A stretch of DNA of 44,148 bases from Anaerohalosphaeraceae bacterium (GTDB taxonomy: Bacteria; Planctomycetota; Phycisphaerae; Sedimentisphaerales; Anaerohalosphaeraceae): the NCBI GenBank assembly GCA_050309605.1, contig JBNRMN010000008.1, positions 1-44,148 of the forward strand, read 5' to 3'. Below are positions 25,900 through 34,133 of the stretch, one piece after another (within the stretch, counting starts at the first letter, position 1; each line of letters begins with the position of its first letter). The position numbers were made by a program, and so were the translations under genes. Below the pieces are notes generated by a model that was not told the origin of the DNA, did not search any database, and saw only the letters and a program-made list of their open reading frames with translations.

Positions 25900-27066
25900 T
25901 CACCTGCTTTTGTCGTGCATCAGCAGCAGGGCGATGACCAGCAGTTGCAGTGCGACGGCATAACCGATCATCGTCTGTACGGACTCTGTGCCTCGTTCTG
26001 CGTCCAAACCAAACCAGATGCTGACGACCAGGCTAAACACAGCCAGTACCTGCACCAGCCAGGCCAGCAGCATAAAGACGGAAAATTCACTGTATTGATC
26101 GTATCGGTGTTTGATTTTAACGCGATGCAGAATTTCTTCAAGAAGCTGATGCGTCTGGTCCGACGACGGGATTTCCGGCAGCGGCTCATGGATGGGTTTA
26201 ACGTCCTGGGTTGATTCAGGGGGTGGCGGCTGCGACAGGGGACGGGTTTGTGTCTTTGGCCGCTGAGTGAACGTCCTGGGTTTGTCGTCTGTCGTTGGCG
26301 TGTTGGCGGACATAGCCTGCGGCCTCGGCGTTTCGGGCTGTTCATCGGCCGCGGGCCAGACCGATTGGTCAGTGGGGTCGGTCGGCATTGCCTGTGGTTC
26401 CGATGGGGGGGGCGGCGTCGGCGTTTCCGATTTCGGTTGTTCCGGCTCTGCGGTGTGGGCCTCGGCCTGTTGGCGCATTGTGCGCGCAGCCTGGGCCTTC
26501 TGCTGGAATTCGAACATCCGCAGGATATTGACCGCTTCGCGCAAATTCACCGCCCGTTTATCCGGTTCCGGATCGTCCGGCTCGCGAACCTGGGGCTTGC
26601 CCGGCGTATCCAGCAGGATCGTCCGACATCCCGCGCGTGTTCCCGCGGCCACATCCCGATAGGAATCGCCGATCATCCACGATTGTGACAGATCAATCTC
26701 CAGTTCCTCGGCAGCCTTGAGCAGCATCCCCGGCTGCGGCTTTCGAAGATCGCTTTCGAGCGTATATTGCTCTACGGATCCATCCGGGTGATAGGGGCAG
26801 TAATAAATCGCATCCAGATAGACTCCCTCATCGGCCAGCAGCTTTTTCAGATGATGGTGAATCTGTTCGAGTGTCTGTTCGGTAACGATGCCCCGCGCGA
26901 CGCCGGATTGATTGGTAACGACCACAAGCAGATAGCCCATCTTTTTGAGCATGGACAGCGATTGTCCGACGTGAGGCAGCAGTTTGACCTGAGCCGGGTC
27001 GCTGATGTAACCCGGATCGCTGATGAGGGTGTCGTCTCTGTCCAGAAAAACCGCTTTGTGCGTCAT
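25900..27066 (-). CDS. gmhB: D-glycero-D-manno-heptose 1,7-bisphosphate phosphatase with a long Pro-rich linker and two C-terminal TM helices
   Basis: AVFLDRDDTL, VTNQSGVARG, YYCPYHP, RKPQPGM, MIGD; ~200 extra C-terminal residues. Confidence 0.85.
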   Translation of the reverse strand: MTHKAVFLDRDDTLISDPGYISDPAQVKLLPHVGQSLSMLKKMGYLLVVVTNQSGVARGIVTEQTLEQIHHHLKKLLADEGVYLDAIYYCPYHPDGSVEQYTLESDLRKPQPGMLLKAAEELEIDLSQSWMIGDSYRDVAAGTRAGCRTILLDTPGKPQVREPDDPEPDKRAVNLREAVNILRMFEFQQKAQAARTMRQQAEAHTAEPEQPKSETPTPPPPSEPQAMPTDPTDQSVWPAADEQPETPRPQAMSANTPTTDDKPRTFTQRPKTQTRPLSQPPPPESTQDVKPIHEPLPEIPSSDQTHQLLEEILHRVKIKHRYDQYSEFSVFMLLAWLVQVLAVFSLVVSIWFGLDAERGTESVQTMIGYAVALQLLVIALLLMHDKSR

Positions 27067-28568
27067 GGTGTGTGCGTCTCCTTTTGAGGTTCATTGATGC
27101 GATTGAGTTTTTCAATGGTCAGCGTGGAGCTTTTTCCTTCGACCATCGGCGCCAGCACAACCCGGCCGCCGCGCGATTCGACAAATTCGCGTCCAATGAC
27201 GCCTTTATTTGCCCAGTCCCGTCCTTTTACCAGGACATCCGGACAGACCGTCTGAATTAGGTTCAGCGGATCCGGCTCATCGAACACCACCACATAATCA
27301 ACGCACTCCAGCGCCGCCAGCAAGGCCGCCCGGTCATGCTGATTGTTGATCGGGCGCGTCGGGCCTTTGAGCTGCCGCACGGACGCATCGCTGTTCAAAC
27401 CCACCACCACAACATGACCGTGCTGTTTGCAGAATTTCAGGTATTCGATATGCCCGCGATGCAGTACGTCAAAGCAGCCGTTGGTAAAGACAATCGTTTC
27501 GTTTTGTTGGCGATGATAGTCCAGTTCGATACGCAGGGTATCGGGGTCCTGGATTTTGCCGGTCTTGCTGCGATGACGGGAGAGAATTTCATTGACGATT
27601 TCATCCACGCTGACGGTCGCGACGCCGAATTTTTCCACTTCAATGCCGCCGGCAATGTTGGCCAACTGCAGCGCCGTATCCAGACCCGCGCCCGCCGCTG
27701 TGGCGACCGCCAGCATCGCCAGCATCATATCGCCGGCGCCGGTGACATCATAGACCATTCGCGGAATGGTCGGCAGATGCCGTCCACCCTCAGCGGTTTG
27801 CAGGTACGCCCCTTCTTTGTCCAGGGTGATGACCACCGCCGACAGCGACAACCGCTCGCGCAGCACGGCTGAGGCCCGCTCGGCGTCATCAATTGTCTCC
27901 ACGGCAAACCCCACGGCCTCGGAGGTCTCTTTGCGATTGGGTGTGATCAGCGTCGCGCCGGAAAACTTGCTGTAATCCCGCCCCAGCGGCGGATCGATCA
28001 GAATCGGTTTATTCGCTTTCCGGGCCGATTGAATCAGGGTTTGACATATATCCGGTCGCAGCATTCCTTTGTTGTAATCCTGAAGACAGACCACATCGCA
28101 GTCGGCCAGGTGTTGTTCAAACGCCGTCAGCAGTTGGGCATACTCCGCATCGCTCAGCGGCTCGGTATATTCTTCATCAATGCGCAAAAGCTGCTGGCGA
28201 TGGCGATGCTGCGCCAGACCGATGATGCGTTCCTTGCTGATGGTCGGGCGCGTGTCCAGACGCAGCAGACCGGAGACGTCGGCGCCGCTTTTTTCGAGCA
28301 TCGCCAGCAGTCGGTCGCCGTTGAGGTCGCTTCCCAGTACCCCGACACAGGCACACCGTGCGCCCAGCGTCAGCACATCGGCCGCTACCGAGGCGGCCCC
28401 GCCGCCGCAATACTCACGACGGACGACTTTGAGCACCTGCACCGGCGCTTCCGGACTGATGCGCAGGGCGTCGCCGTAGATGTAGCTGTCCAGCATAAAG
28501 TCGCCCGTCAGCAGCACTTTCGGCGAGCCGAGCTGGGTTACTGTTTTTAATAAGTGCGTATAACTCAT
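27063..28568 (-). CDS. hldE: Bifunctional heptose-7-phosphate kinase / heptose-1-phosphate adenylyltransferase
   Basis: GDFMLD, RISPEAPV, DYNKG, TPNRKE, DVTGAGD; then FTNGCFDVLHRGH, GLNSDASV, LVKG. Confidence 0.95.
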   Translation of the reverse strand: MSYTHLLKTVTQLGSPKVLLTGDFMLDSYIYGDALRISPEAPVQVLKVVRREYCGGGAASVAADVLTLGARCACVGVLGSDLNGDRLLAMLEKSGADVSGLLRLDTRPTISKERIIGLAQHRHRQQLLRIDEEYTEPLSDAEYAQLLTAFEQHLADCDVVCLQDYNKGMLRPDICQTLIQSARKANKPILIDPPLGRDYSKFSGATLITPNRKETSEAVGFAVETIDDAERASAVLRERLSLSAVVITLDKEGAYLQTAEGGRHLPTIPRMVYDVTGAGDMMLAMLAVATAAGAGLDTALQLANIAGGIEVEKFGVATVSVDEIVNEILSRHRSKTGKIQDPDTLRIELDYHRQQNETIVFTNGCFDVLHRGHIEYLKFCKQHGHVVVVGLNSDASVRQLKGPTRPINNQHDRAALLAALECVDYVVVFDEPDPLNLIQTVCPDVLVKGRDWANKGVIGREFVESRGGRVVLAPMVEGKSSTLTIEKLNRINEPQKETHTP

Positions 28569-28574
28569 CGTATT

Positions 28575-29678
28575 TCAGTTTGTTTTGTTTTCCGGTACGC
28601 GGCTCTTGTCTTGCGATGGACCAAGCACCGTATCAATGTGAGTTTTCAGCTTATCGACTCCCTCAGCAAAATCCAATTCCATTGCCAGCCAGGCCAATTG
28701 AATATCGGCCTCTTCCGGCTTGAGCAGGGCCGCCTTGACCCCATCCTTTTCGGTACATAAGATAACCGTTGCGCTGCTCTGTTTGGCCTGACGGATAATG
28801 GCACGAATATCATCGGGCTTGTAGCGATAATGGTCGTTGAATATCCGCGTTCCAACGATGTTGATGCCGTTGTGTCGTACCGACTCAATGAATGCATCGG
28901 GATTGCCGATGCCGCAAAACACAAACGCACGTTGATGCCGCAGCGATTCCAGCGATAAAACAGCCGCTTCGGTCGTTACGGCATGAGTATGGCGGCACGC
29001 GGCCTTGACCACCGAAACGTGCGGGGCCAGTTGCCCTATACGGGTTTCAAGCCGCTGTAGTGCCTGCGGTTCAACCTGGTCATAACGTGTTATCACGATG
29101 ACCTCAGCGCGTTTAAGTCCTTCGAGCGGTTCGCGAAGCAAACCGGCCGGAAGCACTCGTTCATAGCCGAACGGACACGTTGCGTCCAGCGTTACGATAT
29201 TCACATCACGGCCGAGCCGGCGATGCTGAAAACCGTCATCCAGGACCAGCACGTCGGCGCCGTATTGCGATACCGCCTTATGCGCCCCGGCCGCGCGATC
29301 GGGATCGACCACCACTGTTGTATTCGTACAAGCTCCCGCCAGCAGTGCCGGCTCGTCGGAAAGCTGTCCCCGTTGGGTCTTATAGCCCCGCGTCAGAATC
29401 GCACAACGACGGCCCTGACTTTCCAGGTATCGGCACAGCCAAATCACCAGCGGGGTCTTGCCGGTTCCGCCGGTGGTGATGTTGCCGACGCTGATGACCG
29501 GTACCGACGCCGCGACGGTTTTCAGCAGCCGATGGTCGTACAATCGGTTCCGAAAGGCGACGGCACAGGCATACGGCACGGCAATCAGCCGAAGCGTCAG
29601 GCGAAGGACGTTTGCACCGGGCCGCCTGTCAGCGCCGCTAAGCAGTTGTCGAAACGTTTTCTGATTCACGCAGACCAT
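28575..29678 (-). CDS. lpxK: Tetraacyldisaccharide 4'-kinase
   Basis: VISVGNITTGGTGKTP, TRGY, SDE, LDDGFQH, LPAGLLRE, CTEKD. Confidence 0.93.
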   Translation of the reverse strand: MVCVNQKTFRQLLSGADRRPGANVLRLTLRLIAVPYACAVAFRNRLYDHRLLKTVAASVPVISVGNITTGGTGKTPLVIWLCRYLESQGRRCAILTRGYKTQRGQLSDEPALLAGACTNTTVVVDPDRAAGAHKAVSQYGADVLVLDDGFQHRRLGRDVNIVTLDATCPFGYERVLPAGLLREPLEGLKRAEVIVITRYDQVEPQALQRLETRIGQLAPHVSVVKAACRHTHAVTTEAAVLSLESLRHQRAFVFCGIGNPDAFIESVRHNGINIVGTRIFNDHYRYKPDDIRAIIRQAKQSSATVILCTEKDGVKAALLKPEEADIQLAWLAMELDFAEGVDKLKTHIDTVLGPSQDKSRVPENKTN

Positions 29679-29712
29679 CTCTTAAAAAGGCGGTCGCCGC
29701 CGCGGCCAAGCG

Positions 29713-30798
29713 TTACCGGCCGGCCTTGATTTTCGCGATAATCGCGTCGGCCATTTCCTGTGTTCCCACGGCGGTCGGGTCGTTGCGGTCGGGCTTCATA
29801 TCGTACGTTACGGACGTGCCTTCTTCAATGACCGCCGCGATGGCGTTTTCCAGTCGGTCGGCCTGATCCATCATCCCCAAGTGCCGCAGCAGCAGCACAC
29901 CGCTGAGGATCAGGGCGACCGGATTGACCTTGTTAAGCCCCTTGTATTTCGGCGCACTGCCGTGAGTCGCCTCAAAGATTGCCCCTTTTTCGCCGATATT
30001 GGCGCCCGGAGCCATTCCCAGCCCGCCGACCAGGCCGGCACATAAATCACTGAGGATATCGCCGTACAAATTCGGCAAAACAATCACATCGTACAGTTCG
30101 GGCTTTTGCACAAGCTGCATACACATATTATCGACAATGCGGTCTTCAAATTCGATATCCGTATAGCGCTTGGCGACTTGCCGGCTGACGTCCAGCCACA
30201 GCCCGTCGGTAAATTTCATAATGTTGGCCTTGTGCACCGAGGTGACTTTTTTGCGTCCCATCTTGCGGGCGTATTCGAAGGCGAACCGAACGATGCGTTC
30301 CGTTCCTTCGACCGAAATCGGTTTAATGCTGATGCCGGTATTCGGCCCGATTGGGCGGCTGCTGTGGGCGTTGAGCCAGTCGATCAGTTCCAGGGCCTCT
30401 TGGGATCCTTTTTCGTATTCGATGCCCGCGTATAAATCTTCGGTGTTTTCGCGCACCACGACCAGATCGATATTGTCATATTTGCTGCGTACGCCCTTGT
30501 AGCTCTTGCAGGGCCGCACACACGCATAGAGGTTGAACAATTGTCGCAGATGCACATTGACGCTGCGAAATCCCGTGCCCACCGGGGTTGTGATCGGGGC
30601 CTTCAGGGCGACGCCATTGGCTTTGACCGATTCGAGCGTCGCTTCCGGCAGGGGGGTTCCGGCGGTTTCCATTACGTCCACGCCGGCAAGCTGTACATCC
30701 CATTCAATCGCCGCACCGGTGGCGTCAATGCAGCGCCGCGTCGCTTCCGCGATTTCCGGTCCAATTCCGTCGCCTGTAATCAAGGTTACTTTGGTCAT
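29713..30798 (-). CDS. icd: Isocitrate dehydrogenase (isocitrate/isopropylmalate DH family, probably NADP-dependent)
   Basis: [11 protein letters not shown]...RSVN (isocitrate-type S-x-N), [29 protein letters not shown] (KY as in NADP enzymes). Confidence 0.85.
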   Translation of the reverse strand: MTKVTLITGDGIGPEIAEATRRCIDATGAAIEWDVQLAGVDVMETAGTPLPEATLESVKANGVALKAPITTPVGTGFRSVNVHLRQLFNLYACVRPCKSYKGVRSKYDNIDLVVVRENTEDLYAGIEYEKGSQEALELIDWLNAHSSRPIGPNTGISIKPISVEGTERIVRFAFEYARKMGRKKVTSVHKANIMKFTDGLWLDVSRQVAKRYTDIEFEDRIVDNMCMQLVQKPELYDVIVLPNLYGDILSDLCAGLVGGLGMAPGANIGEKGAIFEATHGSAPKYKGLNKVNPVALILSGVLLLRHLGMMDQADRLENAIAAVIEEGTSVTYDMKPDRNDPTAVGTQEMADAIIAKIKAGR

Positions 30799-30868
30799 TG
30801 ATTCCGATTCTCCTGTTTTCAGAAAGGTTCATCTCAATGCATCTGTATGCACATCGGCAAAAGGGCAT

Positions 30869-30897
30869 ATCTTACCGTCTGGCCCAGGGTGTGTCAA
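30869..30897 (-). promoter_or_regulatory. sigma70 promoter for icd and possibly the downstream LPS genes
   Basis: Minus strand TTGACA-N17-TAAGAT. Confidence 0.6.
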
Positions 30898-31052
30898 CAG
30901 GGAAAAGGCTGCATTTGCCGTATTCCAGATATAAAACTACCTGAAAATGCCTTTGTTTTGTGGTTTTGTCCTTGAATCCTGATGTGTGCTCGCTACAATA
31001 CCGGTTTATTTTTCCGGACTGAGAGGGTAACCGTCTCTCGGAGGATACGCTG

Positions 31053-31754
31053 TTGACAGAATCCCGCAATCCTGACCGCTTGCCGCTGACGCGGATTCAG
31101 CGACTGATTGGTCGCTATATGCTTCAGTCCAAGCAGACCAAGGCCAGTGCTTATCTGACCGTTCGGGCCGACCTGACGGAGCTGACCCGTATGCGCAAAG
31201 CCTACTGCAAACAGGTCAAGGTCAGAGCCACCACGCAGGATTTTTTCATCTGTGCCATCGCGCGGGCCATTGCCGCTTATCCGCTGATGGCCGCGGCGTT
31301 CAGCCAGGACGGACGGTTTCTTGAGATCAGCGAACAGATCGGCGTCGGATTTGCCGTCGCTGCGCCGCAGGGGTTGGTCGTTCCCGTCGTGCAGGATGTG
31401 GAACATAAGAATCTACCGCAGCTGGCCGCCGACAGTGAAGCCCTGCTGAAAAAAGCCCGCGCCAACAAGCTGCTGCCCGACGATTTTGACGGGGCGAACA
31501 TCGTTTTGACCGGACTGGGTATGTACGGCATTGAATCGTTTTACGCCATTAGTCCTCCCTCGGCGCTGGGGATTGTGTCTATCGGCAACATTGAAGATGT
31601 GGTGGTGCCGAGTGAAAACGGCTTTCTCACGCGCAAAAAAATGTACGTTTCGCTGGCATTTGATCAATGTATCGTCGATGAATTTTACGCCGCCGCATTT
31701 CTCGGCTGTATCGCCGAATCGCTGGAAGATCCCTGGTCTCTGACACGCGATTGA
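31053..31754 (+). CDS. Stand-alone 2-oxoacid dehydrogenase E2-type acyltransferase core domain with a degenerate active site
   Basis: IGVGFAVAAPQGLVVPVV, TGLGMYGI, SLAFDQCIVDE in place of DHRxxDG; TTG start with GGAGG RBS; upstream TTGAAT-N16-TACAAT. Confidence 0.8.
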   Translation: MTESRNPDRLPLTRIQRLIGRYMLQSKQTKASAYLTVRADLTELTRMRKAYCKQVKVRATTQDFFICAIARAIAAYPLMAAAFSQDGRFLEISEQIGVGFAVAAPQGLVVPVVQDVEHKNLPQLAADSEALLKKARANKLLPDDFDGANIVLTGLGMYGIESFYAISPPSALGIVSIGNIEDVVVPSENGFLTRKKMYVSLAFDQCIVDEFYAAAFLGCIAESLEDPWSLTRD

Positions 31755-31851
31755 GCGGTTCTGAATCGGCATCTGTATTCCCATTTCCTTGCCGATTTTC
31801 TTTTTGACCCTGCACACCAAAAAACGACTGAACTTTTTTCAAAAAAGTGTC

Positions 31852-31879
31852 TTGACAAAACGTAAAATTGCTTGATAAT
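31852..31879 (+). promoter_or_regulatory. Orphan sigma70 promoter between convergent genes
   Basis: TTGACA-N16-GATAAT, preceded by A/T tracts (UP-like). Confidence 0.6.
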
Positions 31880-31885
31880 AATACT

Positions 31886-31964
31886 GAAAATCATGATCGC
31901 ACTGGTGCGATCTGTCCCATAAAGGCTGCTTCACAATTCATCCACGGAGCAGTCTTTTCTTTTT
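31886..31964 (+). ncRNA. Candidate small RNA (~80 nt) with two hairpins and an intrinsic terminator
   Basis: Own promoter; hairpin GATCGCAC-tg-GTGCGATC (31895-31912); 12-bp stem AAAGGCTGCTTC/GGAGCAGTCTTT with plus-strand G-U pairs, then TCTTTTT. Confidence 0.45.
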
Positions 31965-32838
31965 ACCCCTCAGGTTCTTCCGTTTCGGTATGGGGCGGCG
32001 TCTCAGGCGGCGCGTGATCTGCGTGAGCCGACAGGGAGTGGGGTTGTTCAAGGGTGCCGGTCAGCAGCCAATCGGCCATGGCCATATAGTCAATCGCACC
32101 GTTGCACGTCGGTTCATACTCAAAAATCGTCTTGCCGTAGCTGGGCGCTTCGGCCAGTTTGATGTTTCGTCGGATATGAACGGGCACAATCGCGGCCTTT
32201 GACCACGGCGTGTCGCTGTCGCGGGCACTGCGGAGAAATTTGTCAATATCTTCGCGGACCTCCGAGGACAGACTCGTGCGGCTGTCGAACATGCACATCA
32301 CAATCGCCGTGACCTGAAGGGCCGGATTGATCCGCGATTGAACCAGGGCGATCGTTTGCAGCAACCGGCTAAATCCTTGCAGCGCAAGGAAATGCGGCTG
32401 AACAGGTATCAGCACTTCTGTCACTGCCGCCAGCGCGTTAAGCGTCAGCAGTCCCAGCGACGGCGGACAGTCAATCAGCACATAATCATAGCGGCCGCGG
32501 ATAGAATCAAGGGCCTTGCGCAGAATGATTTCCCGGCCCACCTCGTTGACCAGCTCGCTTTCGGCTCCGACCAGATTGATGCTGGCGCCCAGAACCCACA
32601 GATTGTCCCGCACCGGAACGGCCGCTGAGCCGATATCCGCCGCGCCGGTCAGCACGTCATAGACGCCCGGCGCGTCGGTCTCACTGTCGGCGCCCAGATG
32701 AATCGTCAAATGCGCCTGCGGATCCAGATCGATGACCAGGGTTCGAACGCCGGTCAGCGACAAGGCGGCCGCGACATTGGCCACCGTTGTCGTTTTGCCG
32801 ACTCCGCCTTTCTGGTTGAGCACCGCTATCGTTCGCAC
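31963..32838 (-). CDS. ParA/Soj family ATPase, with no parB in the window
   Basis: NQKGGVGKTTT, IDLDPQ, IDCPPSLGLLT, LAEAPSYG. Confidence 0.9.
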   Translation of the reverse strand: MRTIAVLNQKGGVGKTTTVANVAAALSLTGVRTLVIDLDPQAHLTIHLGADSETDAPGVYDVLTGAADIGSAAVPVRDNLWVLGASINLVGAESELVNEVGREIILRKALDSIRGRYDYVLIDCPPSLGLLTLNALAAVTEVLIPVQPHFLALQGFSRLLQTIALVQSRINPALQVTAIVMCMFDSRTSLSSEVREDIDKFLRSARDSDTPWSKAAIVPVHIRRNIKLAEAPSYGKTIFEYEPTCNGAIDYMAMADWLLTGTLEQPHSLSAHADHAPPETPPHTETEEPEG

Positions 32839-32841
32839 CGG

Positions 32842-33288
32842 TTACGTTGCCTCCTCGGAAACCGACGGGGTTTCGTGTTGTTTGAGCGTTTTCAAAACGG
32901 CATCCAGAACGCCGTTGACAAACCGCGGCGCCTGTTCGGAACTGTATTTTTTGGCGATTTCAATCGCTTCATTGATGACGACTTTGCAGGGAATGTCGTG
33001 GCAGTAGCACAACTGATACACCGCCATCCGCAAGATCGCGCGATCCACGTGCGAAAGCCGCGACAATTTCCATCGAATGGCGGCACGGGTGATGACGCTG
33101 TCGCATTCCTCGACAAGCTGCCAGGCGCCCTTGGTCCATTGCTCGGCCAATTGAAGCGTTAAGTCGTCGTCGGTCTGCTCGCGAAAAAAACGCCCCACCA
33201 GTTCCATAACGTCTTGGCCCTGTACATCCAACTGGCACAAGGCCTGCATGGTCAACTCACGGGCCTGGGTTCTGCGATCAACGGTCAC
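32842..33288 (-). CDS. nusB: Transcription antitermination factor NusB
   Basis: RRTQARELTMQAL, WKLSRL..VDRAILR, VVINEAIEIAKKYS, FVNGVLD; GTG 33288 chosen (the ORF extends to 33324). Confidence 0.92.
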   Translation of the reverse strand: MTVDRRTQARELTMQALCQLDVQGQDVMELVGRFFREQTDDDLTLQLAEQWTKGAWQLVEECDSVITRAAIRWKLSRLSHVDRAILRMAVYQLCYCHDIPCKVVINEAIEIAKKYSSEQAPRFVNGVLDAVLKTLKQHETPSVSEEAT

Positions 33289-33336
33289 GTTGGAAAATCC
33301 CTTTGCACAAACGATTGTCGGCACCCGATCCGTTCC

Positions 33337-33801
33337 TCACAGTTTGCTCATCAGATCGGCCATTTCGATGGCCGCCAGGGCGGCGCTGGCGCCGGCGTTG
33401 CCTTGTTTGGTACCTGCCCGCTCGACAGCCTGTTCGATGGTGTCGCAGGTCAGCACGCCGAAAATCGTCGGCACACCGGTCTCGTAGTTGATGGTGCCGA
33501 CGCCGCGCGAAATCTGCTGACACACATAATCGTAATGGCTCGTCTGACCGCGTATGACCGCTCCGAGGCAGATTACGGCGGCATACTGACCGCTTTGTGC
33601 CAGTTTTTTGGCTGCGACGGTGATTTCGATGGTGCCCGGCACCCACACGACGGTGACCTGCTCTTCGGCGGCTCCGTGGCGCAGCAGACAGTCAATGGCC
33701 CCGCCCAGCAGTCGGGACGTAATGAACTCATTGAATCGACCGACCACAATGGCATACCGATGGGGTCCGGCGGTCAGATGGCCTTTAATTTCCTGAATCA
33801 T
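33337..33801 (-). CDS. ribH: 6,7-dimethyl-8-ribityllumazine synthase
   Basis: [48 protein letters not shown] 33801 with AGGAG RBS. Confidence 0.95.
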   Translation of the reverse strand: MIQEIKGHLTAGPHRYAIVVGRFNEFITSRLLGGAIDCLLRHGAAEEQVTVVWVPGTIEITVAAKKLAQSGQYAAVICLGAVIRGQTSHYDYVCQQISRGVGTINYETGVPTIFGVLTCDTIEQAVERAGTKQGNAGASAALAAIEMADLMSKL

Positions 33802-33911
33802 TGATTTTGTCTCCTGTCCGGTTCCAAAAGCCTGACACTCCACTGCAATTGACATACCTTGTGCTGTCCTATTATGAACCATTTATAGGACGCTGTCGAT
33901 ACCCTACTGAT

Positions 33912-33942
33912 AAAAAAGCGGCCGGCATCCGCAAGCGGCCGC
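33912..33942 (-). terminator. Terminator-like hairpin in the leader of ribH-nusB-parA
   Basis: Minus strand GCGGCCG-N11-CGGCCGC followed by T6. Confidence 0.55.
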
Positions 33943-33966
33943 ACACCATATCGCTTAAACTATCGA

Positions 33967-33995
33967 ATTATAAAGGGTTAACAACCGGTTTGCCA
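33967..33995 (-). promoter_or_regulatory. sigma70 promoter upstream of the ribH leader
   Basis: Minus strand TGGCAA-N17-TATAAT. Confidence 0.5.
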
Positions 33996-34046
33996 GAAAA
34001 ATCTTTGGGAAATTGCACACACGGTCGCTTTTTACAGGCTTGTTCG

Positions 34047-34073
34047 CAAGTGCCCGTCGCCGTTTTCCGATAC
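34047..34073 (+). promoter_or_regulatory. Candidate sigma28-like promoter for the TPR gene
   Basis: CAAG-N15-TCCGATAC. Confidence 0.3.
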
Positions 34074-34133
34074 CCAAACAGTGACGGACGGTTGTTTTGT
34101 TGTTGAACACGGACAGATAGGGACAGGTTATTT

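Noticed and set aside
31933..31946. DnaA-box-like TCATCCACG next to parA, suggesting oriC
   Set aside because: Two mismatches to TTATCCACA, single copy, no box cluster and no dnaA/dnaN nearby
33802..34133. FMN riboswitch upstream of ribH
   Set aside because: None of the conserved FMN aptamer segments are visible and the leader before the terminator is too short
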